From Erysipelotrichaceae bacterium (GTDB lineage Bacteria > Bacillota_I > Bacilli_A > Erysipelotrichales > Coprobacillaceae), in assembly GCA_028698185.1 (NCBI GenBank), contig JAQVDW010000053.1:1-5675 (forward strand): DNA of 5,675 bases, in the 5' to 3' direction. Under the pieces are notes generated by a model. That model had not been told where the DNA came from. It saw only the letters and a program-made list of their open reading frames with translations, and made no database searches. Below, one piece after another: positions 1 through 5,675 of the stretch (its first letter is position 1; every line of letters begins with the position of its first letter). A program made the position numbers and the translations under genes.

Positions 1-335
1 AATCCCGGTTCGAGATATTCGGTCGAACCGTACTTTTCATCGAGAATATTGAGACAGCTGCGGGTTTCTCCGGCAACATGGCCAAAGTCGTAATCTATTC
101 CATCTTCCTGTAAAAGATGTTCTAGATACTGTCCATTGAAGCCACCGATAAGTCCGGTTGCCAGCACCTCACTGCCACACAGCTTGACGATTCTCGCAAC
201 GTTGAGGCCCTTGCCTCCCGCCGAGTTCTTGCATCTTGCAACCCTCATAACGGTACCATTTTCGATTGGACTGTCCATATAATAAGCCTTGTCAATCGAT
301 GCGTTTAATGTAACTGTTGTAATAATTTCAATCAC
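1..335 (-). CDS. PfkB-family sugar-phosphate kinase, 5' part only (continues past the left edge). Probably tagatose-6-phosphate kinase (LacC-like) or 1-phosphofructokinase.
   Basis: Own translation of the minus strand from GTG 335..333 gives (M)IEIITTVTLNASIDKAYYMDSPIENGTVMRVARCKNSAGGKGLNVARIVKLCGSEVLATGLIGGFNGQYLEHLLQEDGIDYDFGHVAGETRSCLNILDEKYGSTEYLEPG, with no stop up to position 1. TVTLNxSID and the SAGGKGxNVA motif are the N-terminal signatures of FruK/LacC/PfkB kinases. The position directly after gatD fits the tagatose-6-P step of galactitol catabolism. The exact start is ambiguous (GTG 333..335 or ATT 324..326). Confidence 0.8.
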   Translation of the reverse strand, partial: MIEIITTVTLNASIDKAYYMDSPIENGTVMRVARCKNSAGGKGLNVARIVKLCGSEVLATGLIGGFNGQYLEHLLQEDGIDYDFGHVAGETRSCLNILDEKYGSTEYLEPG

Positions 336-1385
336 CTACTTTTCACTGTCTATCAGGATTTTGCCTTTTACAAGGCCAGGTTCCTTATACAAAGTAAACG
401 CGTTGGCAATCTGACTCAAAGGCATTTTTTTAAAGACAAATGAATCATCGAACTGCAACAAACCCGTCTTGAAATAATGGGAAACGAGTTCCCACTCCTG
501 ACCTGGAAAAGGAGCGCTGTATGACATCCATGAGCCAGTCAGATTGAACTCCTTGCGGTTCATGTTCTCCCACTCTTTTACGGTAAAGGTCAGATCCTTG
601 GTAGGCGTACCGACAAAGCAGACATTCGCTTTGTTTGCCGCCAGATCGAAAGACATCTTCATGGTGATGGTGCTTCCCGCTGTTTCAAAAACATAATCAT
701 AACCCTTGTTTTTCGTCAATGCTTTCGCTTTTTCCATGAAATCGGGTTCCATTGTGTTGATCGTTCCGGTCGCACCCAGCTTTTGGGCCAGCTCCAGCCG
801 TTCATCAGAAATATCGAAAACCACAACTTCCTTGGCTCCAAATATCTTGGCCCACTGCATCACAAACATTCCAATGGTACCACCGCCGATAACCGCCACG
901 GTTTTTCCCCCGTGGTAATCGACCCGTTGCAAGCCATGGAGAGCGACAGTCGCCGGTTCGAAAAATGCCCCCTGTTCGAATGTCACTTCGTCATCGAATT
1001 TGACCGCATTCTTTTCAGGCACCACAACATACTCCGCAAAGCAGCCGTTTTGGCGTGAACCGATGAAGCTGTAGTGCTTGCAAAGCGAATAATCGCCTTT
1101 AAGACAGTCCTCGCACTCGAGGCATGGGACCAAAGGAACCCCTGCAACCCGGTCACCAACTTTGAGGCTGGTTACATTTTCTCCAATCTGCTCGACCGTT
1201 CCTGAGAATTCATGACCCAGGACCACCGGGAAGAAGTGACAGGCACCCTCGTTGACCCGCGGCAGATCCGAACCGCAGATTCCGGTATATTTCACTTTAA
1301 TCAATACTTCTTTGCTTTTGACTTCCGGCATGGCAAGATCTTCATAACGAAGATCATCCTTGCCGTGTACTACTCCTGCTTTCAT
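336..1385 (-). CDS. gatD: Galactitol-1-phosphate 5-dehydrogenase (Zn-dependent medium-chain dehydrogenase/reductase)
   Basis: 349-aa ORF with ATG start. It has the catalytic Zn ligands GICGSD (C37) and GHEFSG (H58/E59), the structural Zn cluster C88-x2-C91-x2-C94-x7-C102 (PCLECEDCLKGDYSLC) and the Rossmann motif VIGGGTIG. Long collinear similarity to remembered E. coli GatD includes CGSDLPR, LGHEFSG, VPLxPCxxCxxCLKG, FIGSRxxGxFAEYxVV and GSWMxYSxPxPGQEWE. An SD-like G-run lies upstream (minus strand GGGGGTACA then ATG). Confidence 0.88.
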   Translation of the reverse strand: MKAGVVHGKDDLRYEDLAMPEVKSKEVLIKVKYTGICGSDLPRVNEGACHFFPVVLGHEFSGTVEQIGENVTSLKVGDRVAGVPLVPCLECEDCLKGDYSLCKHYSFIGSRQNGCFAEYVVVPEKNAVKFDDEVTFEQGAFFEPATVALHGLQRVDYHGGKTVAVIGGGTIGMFVMQWAKIFGAKEVVVFDISDERLELAQKLGATGTINTMEPDFMEKAKALTKNKGYDYVFETAGSTITMKMSFDLAANKANVCFVGTPTKDLTFTVKEWENMNRKEFNLTGSWMSYSAPFPGQEWELVSHYFKTGLLQFDDSFVFKKMPLSQIANAFTLYKEPGLVKGKILIDSEK

Positions 1386-1394
1386 TGTACCCCC

Positions 1395-2768
1395 CTAATC
1401 CTTAGCCAATTCCTGGGCTTGGGCCAATGCTTGCGCTCTTTTTTTCGAATGGACCACGGTGAAGACAATACTGATCAAGTAGATTACCGTGATAATTGCC
1501 AGACCTGGTACATTTTGCATCGTGAACGCTTGAGTGAAGATATAAGTAATCGGGCTTCCTCCTTGGTCCATCGCCGCCAACATGTTGCCACCATCGGTCG
1601 CTCCGGTTGACTGCGCCAATGCGGTCACCCAAGGAATGGTTTCATTGGTAATCCAGATAGTCATGTACATGATGGCAGTTCCTGAAATCAATGAACGGAA
1701 CAGGTTTCCTTTATGGACCGCAACCGCTATGGCGATGAAGAATCCGATTGTCGCCAAGTCACCAAATGGCAAAACCCGGTTACCTGGAACCAATATTGCG
1801 ATCAACAGAGTCAAAGGAATGAAAATCAGACCGATTGTCACTACTTGGGGATCCCCCAACAATACCGCAGGATCCATCCCGATATAAAATTCGGAATTCC
1901 CAAAATGTTTCGTTAACAGTTTTTTTGCCTGTTCAGTAAGTGGCAGCAGACCATCCATGATACATTTTACGATTTTAGGCATCAATACCATAACCGCCGA
2001 CATTTTAACACCCAAAGGCAACGCCGCTTGGGCATCATAGCCTGCTAGAAAACCGATTCCAGCTCCTAGAAGTCCACCGATCACGATCGGTTCCGCAAAC
2101 ACGCCTACACGATCCTGCAATGTGTCCACAGTGAAGTCGATATTCCGAATACCCGGAATTTTTTCAATGATTGCATCGATCAGACAGGCAATTGGAGCCA
2201 TGTAAGCCGATGTTCCATGAGGTACGGTCAGACCGTCCAACTCAAAGTAGTCATCCATCAATGGTCCCCAGAGGTCCCCTAATTTATAAGCAATGATGGC
2301 ATGAACGATTACCCCGGCAATCCCGATCCAGAACTGACCGGTGACGACATAAGCGATTGCTCCGGTGAATGTCATATGCCAGATATTCCATACATCGATA
2401 TTTACTGTTTTGGTAAGTTTCAATAAAAGCATAACCACGTTTACTGCGATGGCGATGGGAATAGCCACAGTTGCAATATTTGATGCCCAAGTCATCGGTG
2501 AAGCCCCTGGCCAACCGATATCGACAACACTTAAAGTAAGACCGAATCTTTCTGACATTGCCTGTGCCGCAGGGCCAAGCTCGTTATTCATCATCCCGAC
2601 AATCAGACCTAATCCGACAAATCCGACCCCGATCATAAGACCTGAGCGGATTGATTTACCGATCTTGATTCCCATCATGATGCTGATAATGGCGATAACC
2701 ACAGGCAGCATTACCGATGCGCCCATGTCGATAATATAATTGATAATATCTCCAAAAAATCCTAACAT
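1395..2768 (-). CDS. gatC: PTS galactitol-specific transporter subunit EIIC
   Basis: 457-aa highly hydrophobic ORF, collinear with remembered E. coli GatC. Shared blocks include VMLPxVIxI, VVDxGWPGxSPMTWAS, NxDxWNIWHMTFTG, PHGTSAYMxPIA, DAIIEKIPG, VPGNxVLPFGDLATIGFF, AVAVHxGNLFR and MDQGGSPIT. SD TAAGGAG (2778..2784 on the minus strand) sits 9 nt before the ATG. Confidence 0.92.
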   Translation of the reverse strand: MLGFFGDIINYIIDMGASVMLPVVIAIISIMMGIKIGKSIRSGLMIGVGFVGLGLIVGMMNNELGPAAQAMSERFGLTLSVVDIGWPGASPMTWASNIATVAIPIAIAVNVVMLLLKLTKTVNIDVWNIWHMTFTGAIAYVVTGQFWIGIAGVIVHAIIAYKLGDLWGPLMDDYFELDGLTVPHGTSAYMAPIACLIDAIIEKIPGIRNIDFTVDTLQDRVGVFAEPIVIGGLLGAGIGFLAGYDAQAALPLGVKMSAVMVLMPKIVKCIMDGLLPLTEQAKKLLTKHFGNSEFYIGMDPAVLLGDPQVVTIGLIFIPLTLLIAILVPGNRVLPFGDLATIGFFIAIAVAVHKGNLFRSLISGTAIMYMTIWITNETIPWVTALAQSTGATDGGNMLAAMDQGGSPITYIFTQAFTMQNVPGLAIITVIYLISIVFTVVHSKKRAQALAQAQELAKD

Positions 2769-2784
2769 TCTCTTTCTCTCCTTA

Positions 2785-3063
2785 TTAGTCTTTCAATACA
2801 TCCAGGATCGCCTGCTCCGTCTTTTCGACGTTGACACCTGAGATGAACGGCATCCCGGTAATCAAAGGCACTCCGTAATCTTTTTTCACTTTCGAAGTCG
2901 TGATAATCAGATCAGCCGGCAAGTTCGAAGCGATCTCCGAAATTCTTATCTGGCAGATTTCGATATCGATGCTGTTGTTTTTGCATAATTCCACAACTTT
3001 GTTGGCAGCGATAGTCGAAGTCGCTACCGCACCACCACAAGCAACAATTACTTTCTTTTTCAT
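2785..3063 (-). CDS. gatB: PTS galactitol-specific EIIB component
   Basis: 92-aa ORF starting MKKKVIVACGGAVATSTIAA, which matches the GatB N-terminus (KIIVACGGAVATSTMAA) with phospho-Cys at C9. GMPFISGV matches GatB GMPFVSGV. SD AAGGAG at 3072..3077. Its ATG overlaps the gatA stop as ATGA (3060..3063), indicating translational coupling. Confidence 0.9.
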   Translation of the reverse strand: MKKKVIVACGGAVATSTIAANKVVELCKNNSIDIEICQIRISEIASNLPADLIITTSKVKKDYGVPLITGMPFISGVNVEKTEQAILDVLKD

Positions 3064-3527
3064 AGTGTGTTCTCCTTATTTTTGATAAGTCCGATTATCT
3101 CATCGGAACTCTTGACACTCTTGATGTTTTTCAATACTTCGCTGTCCTGAATGATTGCCAGTATCCGCTGCAGTTTTTCCAGGTGAGCCTGGGGATTTAC
3201 CACTGCTAGCATGAAGACAATCGAAACGGAAACCTTATCATCGTCACTGCCCATCTGGATGAAATCGACCGGGTTTTTCAACACCGCGATTGCAACCCCC
3301 GGGACCTTTACATGAGAGACATCGGTATGGGGTATTGCCACCCCGACACCGTCGACATCAAGTCCGGTTGGAAACTCCGCTTCTCTTTTTAACAGAGCTT
3401 CAACATAAGTATCTTTTGCATAATCTTCCTTGATCAAAGCCGCGCCAACTTTTTCAAGAACATCTGCGTTGTTCGTTGCATCCAAATCAGTAAAAATAAG
3501 TGCACTGTTAAGTTCTTCCCAAATCAA
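3060..3527 (-). CDS. gatA: PTS galactitol-specific EIIA component (EIIA-Mtl/Fru/Ntr fold)
   Basis: 155-aa ORF with the motif REAEFPTG...VAIPH. The phospho-His is H67, codon 3327..3329, checked as CAT. This is the same block as remembered E. coli GatA (AREAEFPTG...IAIPH). The start is TTG (3525..3527), 8 nt after a strong GGAGG SD (3536..3540). There is no in-frame ATG nearby. Confidence 0.85.
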   Translation of the reverse strand: MIWEELNSALIFTDLDATNNADVLEKVGAALIKEDYAKDTYVEALLKREAEFPTGLDVDGVGVAIPHTDVSHVKVPGVAIAVLKNPVDFIQMGSDDDKVSVSIVFMLAVVNPQAHLEKLQRILAIIQDSEVLKNIKSVKSSDEIIGLIKNKENTL

Positions 3528-3574
3528 AATTTGTTCCTCCTTTTTAAAGATTGTTCACTAGTGATTTTCTTTAC

Positions 3575-3615
3575 ACTCATATCGTACCACCGGCCTGATA
3601 CTAAAAACAGTCAAA
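3575..3615 (-). promoter_or_regulatory. Candidate promoter of the gatABCD-kinase operon (weak, probably activator-dependent)
   Basis: The minus strand reads TTGACT (3609..3614), 22 nt, then TGgTACGAT (extended -10, TACGAT = 3581..3586). The good -35-like hexamer is 5 nt too far from the -10. At the canonical 17-nt spacing the -35 is TGTTTT. An alternative pair is TTAGTA-17 nt-TATGAG. This is the only non-coding stretch between the upstream terminator and the gatA RBS. Confidence 0.35.
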
Positions 3616-3631
3616 GGTATTTCATTATTTT

Positions 3632-3687
3632 GGAAATAAAATAAAACGGTTGAAAAAATTTCCGGATCATTGGAAACCTTTTCAACC
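3632..3687 (-). terminator. Rho-independent terminator downstream of the regulator gene
   Basis: The hairpin arms are 3648..3663 and 3672..3687 with an 8-nt loop. On the minus-strand RNA (GGUUGAAAAGGUUUCC-AAUGAUCC-GGAAAUUUUUUCAACC) the two internal positions are G-U wobbles, giving a continuous 16-bp stem. It is followed directly by GUUUUAUUUUAUUU. On the + strand the same positions are A/C mismatches and no U-tract follows. It starts 5 nt after the regulator TGA stop (3692..3694). Confidence 0.7.
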
Positions 3688-3691
3688 ATTG

Positions 3692-5575
3692 TCAGATATG
3701 GAGGTATTCGTACTTTTCGATTGCGAGTGCTGCCTCCTTGGATGTCTTTGCCTCCCGCAGTTCATTTTTGAACTTTTCATCAGTCAGCATATTGACCAGG
3801 TTGAAGAATGCCTTGAGGTGGGTCTTGTGGTCGATGGCACTCAAGCAGCAGACAAATTCCACTGGATCGAACTCATCCGCACCAAATGGAACTGGATTTT
3901 TGAGCCTGATCAGGTTCATTCCGACTTTGACGCTGCCCCGGTCCAAACCTTCATGGGGCAAGGCGAATCCTGGCGACAGGACAATATAAGGCCCGTTTTC
4001 ATTGATGTTGTCGATCATTGCCTGGATATATCGTTGTTCAATGTAACCCGCCTCCAACAAAGGCTTGGCCGACTTGGTGATCGCATCCTGCCAGTCTAGG
4101 CATTCGACATCAAGCTGGATATGGCTAGAGGGCAGCAGATGATGAAGATAGGGAGAAAACATCTCCTGGTTTGACTCCAGTGGCTTATTGAAATATTCCC
4201 GGACAACCTTCTTGATTTCATGGAACATCCCATCGTATTTCTCGGGAGCCATCGCTTTGAGAATCGGACTGATTTTATCGAGCAGCCCCCGCGGTGATGA
4301 CTCCAGGTCCCCGATTCGCGATGGCAGATGGCGGCTGTTGCGTAGTGAATCGATCTTGTTGCCGACCCGCAAATAATCCTCGTCATTCAACAGAGGTGAT
4401 ACAGTAACGACATCTATCTTCGAATTGGCAATGGGGATGGTTGAAATGATAAGGTCAGCCCGGTTGCTTTCAATATGCGGCGCTTCATGAGCCGAAATGA
4501 TATCGACAATCTGGAAATTGAAGTGTTTCTTCAGCTTCTCGATAAGCAACTGGGAAGTCCCGATACCCGCATGGCAGGCTAAAATTACGTGGAATGCCAC
4601 TTCCTTGTTTTTCTTGCGTTCCAGCGCGCATATATGGATGGCGATATATCCGGTTTCGATGGAGGTGAGTTCCCGAATCGCATACTGTTCGATTATTCCC
4701 AGATTGGAATTGACCGCCTCCACCACTTCTTCATTGTCCTTGAGCAGTTCATCGACTATTTCGCTTTGGGGATAAAGAGGCGCTTCCGGTTTAAGAATCG
4801 ACTCCAGATGGTTTGAAAGATTTTCAAAGAAATCGTAATCGTCGGCCAGATTTATACCCAAGTCATAGGATACCCGGTCAATGAACTGGCGGGTTACCAA
4901 TTGGATCTTGATCATCATGTCATCCTTGTGTCGTTTTTTGATGTAGCGGGACTTGAGAAGAATCTCGCTTAAAAACTGGATTTCGTTTTCACTTGTCTTG
5001 AGGTGACAATATTGGGATATCAAGCGCAGGATATCCAAAGCCATTAAGTACTTGTCATTATTGGCTTTCTCGATTTCCTCGAGGTACTCCCCCATCCCGT
5101 TCCGGTTGACCATTATGCCAAGATACGTCACCAGATACTCGAAGGAATTGTCGGTGAGATAATATTCGTAAAGTCTTTCCTGTTCGCTTAAGACCTTTTG
5201 GATTGTGATCCGGTTGCCCGCCTGCAAGGAGATGTAGCGGCTGATCATCGAATTATCGTCCTTTTTCAAGGCGACCTGCATCAAGAACAGCCGCTTATCG
5301 CTTTCCTTGCCATCGACCCTAAGACCCTTGTTTGGGTGGGATGTGACCTCAAGATTGAACTCCTTGATGTAGCTCTTGATCGAATCGAGATCATTGATTA
5401 TTGTCGCCCGTGATACATACAAATTTTCGGCTATGGTCGACAAGGTGATGTAATTGGCTGTGTTGATAAGCAAAACGGAAGCGACCAGAATCCGCTCTTG
5501 TTTGGAAAGCTTGTAGGCATAGAGATCCTGTTCGCTCAAAAAGTAATTGTGGATAGTCAACACTTTTTTAAACAA
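3692..5575 (-). CDS. PRD-domain PTS regulator of the MtlR/LicR/ManR class (often auto-annotated as BglG-family transcription antiterminator). Probably 5'-truncated by the adjacent IS and so possibly a pseudogene.
   Basis: Domain order read from the translation. Mga-type wHTH at about aa 22-90 (LSKQERIL...ITLSTIAENLYVSRATIINDL...NLEVTSHPNKGLRVDG). PRD1 at about aa 125-215. PRD2 at about aa 226-320, with H256 (codon 4808..4810) and H314 (4634..4636). EIIB-Gat-like at aa 327-415, with C334 in VILACHAGIGTS (4574..4576). EIIA-Mtl/Fru-like at aa 480-625, with H541 in FALPHE (3953..3955). The ORF-track start at 5575 is a TTG two codons after an in-frame TAA. There is no SD there and no in-frame ATG before codon 99. 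Confidence 0.85.
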   Translation of the reverse strand: MFKKVLTIHNYFLSEQDLYAYKLSKQERILVASVLLINTANYITLSTIAENLYVSRATIINDLDSIKSYIKEFNLEVTSHPNKGLRVDGKESDKRLFLMQVALKKDDNSMISRYISLQAGNRITIQKVLSEQERLYEYYLTDNSFEYLVTYLGIMVNRNGMGEYLEEIEKANNDKYLMALDILRLISQYCHLKTSENEIQFLSEILLKSRYIKKRHKDDMMIKIQLVTRQFIDRVSYDLGINLADDYDFFENLSNHLESILKPEAPLYPQSEIVDELLKDNEEVVEAVNSNLGIIEQYAIRELTSIETGYIAIHICALERKKNKEVAFHVILACHAGIGTSQLLIEKLKKHFNFQIVDIISAHEAPHIESNRADLIISTIPIANSKIDVVTVSPLLNDEDYLRVGNKIDSLRNSRHLPSRIGDLESSPRGLLDKISPILKAMAPEKYDGMFHEIKKVVREYFNKPLESNQEMFSPYLHHLLPSSHIQLDVECLDWQDAITKSAKPLLEAGYIEQRYIQAMIDNINENGPYIVLSPGFALPHEGLDRGSVKVGMNLIRLKNPVPFGADEFDPVEFVCCLSAIDHKTHLKAFFNLVNMLTDEKFKNELREAKTSKEAALAIEKYEYLHI

Positions 5576-5675
5576 CTTTTATAAGGACAACCGAAATTGT
5601 ACTGGTGTCTTGTAGTTAAGACTTCCATGTTTCCTTTTATTGTTGAACCAGTTTACATAATCAAACAGTTCCAAC
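5548..5675 (-). mobile_element. Right end of an IS3-family insertion sequence (transposase 3' end plus terminal inverted repeat). The proposed tip is at about 5548.
   Basis: After the transposase stop the minus strand reads AAGTTGTTTAAAAAAGTGTTGACTATCCACA. On the + strand this is TGTGGATAGTCAACAC... starting at 5548. IS3-family ends are typically 5'-TG...CA-3' and lie a few tens of nt beyond the orfB stop. The left IR is not in the window, so the exact tip cannot be confirmed; it could be anywhere in about 5548..5578. Confidence 0.55.
5579..5675 (-). CDS. IS3-family transposase (OrfB, DDE/rve integrase core), C-terminal 31 codons only; the rest lies beyond the right edge
   Basis: Own translation of the minus strand gives LELFDYVNWFNNKRKHGSLNYKTPVQFRLSL, then TAA (5579..5581). 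The pattern xxYxxWYNNxRxHxSLxYxTPxxF is the characteristic C-terminal tail of IS3-family transposases. Confidence 0.8.
   Translation of the reverse strand, partial: LELFDYVNWFNNKRKHGSLNYKTPVQFRLSL

Noticed and set aside
3562-3575. cre-like (CcpA) site TGTAAAGAAAATCA on the minus strand in the gat leader.
   Set aside because: It matches the flanks of the consensus TGWAANCGNTNWCA but lacks the central CG and the T at position 10, which are critical. I judge it too degenerate to call. No better cre was seen in the intergenic region.
3570-3589. Sigma-54-like -24 element: minus-strand TGGTACG (3583..3589) resembles TGGCACG. PTS regulators of the LevR class use sigma-54 promoters.
   Set aside because: The required -12 element (TTGCW, four nt downstream) is absent; the sequence there is GAGTG. 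The regulator also has no sigma-54-interacting AAA+ domain. It belongs to the MtlR/LicR class, which acts at sigma-A promoters.
3632-3687. Possibility that the hairpin is a RAT-overlapping conditional terminator controlled by a BglG-type antiterminator, as the usual automated name of the regulator would suggest.
   Set aside because: The regulator has an HTH DNA-binding module and no N-terminal CAT RNA-binding domain. The hairpin also sits directly after the regulator stop and upstream of the candidate gat promoter. It is best read as a plain intrinsic terminator.
706-4816. Plus-strand ORFs from the track (706..918, 783..1058, 1212..1610, 1582..1887, 1713..1916, 2365..2739, 2900..3085, 3650..4099, 3738..3989, 4188..4376, 4497..4775, 4589..4816, 5198..5413) and minor minus-strand ORFs (1402..1632, 2284..2514, 4096..4386).
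   Set aside because: Each lies entirely antisense to, or out of frame within, a gene with strong family-level motif support. Their translations are low-complexity or compositionally odd (Cys/Ser/Arg-rich), with no recognisable motifs and no RBS. The 149-aa ORF at 3650 starts at a TTG inside the terminator hairpin. They look like shadow ORFs.
5555-5560. Outward-facing -35 hexamer TTGACT in the IS terminus that might form a hybrid promoter driving the truncated regulator.
   Set aside because: No -10-like hexamer lies 16-18 nt downstream in the flanking DNA; the sequences there are TGAGCG, GAGCGA and AGCGAA. The hexamer more probably belongs to the IS3-family circle-junction promoter. That is consistent with the IS-end assignment but does not affect the neighbouring gene.
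1-5675. Search for CRISPR repeats, tRNA/rRNA/ncRNA structures, toxin-antitoxin or defence-type gene pairs, and long direct or inverted repeats.
   Set aside because: Nothing of the kind was found by eye. Coding density is about 95 percent and every long ORF is assigned to the galactitol pathway, its regulator or the IS. The only repeats are short AT-rich ones (for example TTGGAAA at 3630 and 3669), which are compatible with chance.

Overview
This window is almost entirely one minus-strand carbohydrate-utilisation locus of Firmicutes-like appearance. That impression rests on strong AAGGAG/GGAGG ribosome-binding sites and an MtlR/LicR-type PRD regulator. In transcription order (right to left) it contains: (1) the last 31 codons and terminal sequence of an IS3-family transposase/IS element; (2) a 627-codon PRD-containing PTS regulator (Mga-type HTH, PRD1, PRD2, EIIB-Gat-like, EIIA-Mtl/Fru-like) that abuts the IS, has no credible start codon or RBS, and seems to lack its N-terminal HTH domain; (3) a rho-independent terminator and a weak, probably activator-dependent promoter; (4) gatA-gatB-gatC (galactitol PTS EIIA, EIIB, EIIC), gatD (Zn-dependent galactitol-1-phosphate 5-dehydrogenase) and the 5' part of a PfkB-family sugar-phosphate kinase, probably tagatose-6-phosphate kinase, which runs off the left edge. 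Gene calls rest on my recognition of family motifs and remembered E. coli GatABCD and B. subtilis MtlR sequences, not on any search. I see no CRISPR array, RNA gene, defence system or otherwise unexplained coding capacity. All + strand ORFs in the track are antisense shadows of well-supported genes. This is an ordinary catabolic operon. The one notable event is the IS insertion that appears to have decapitated its regulator.
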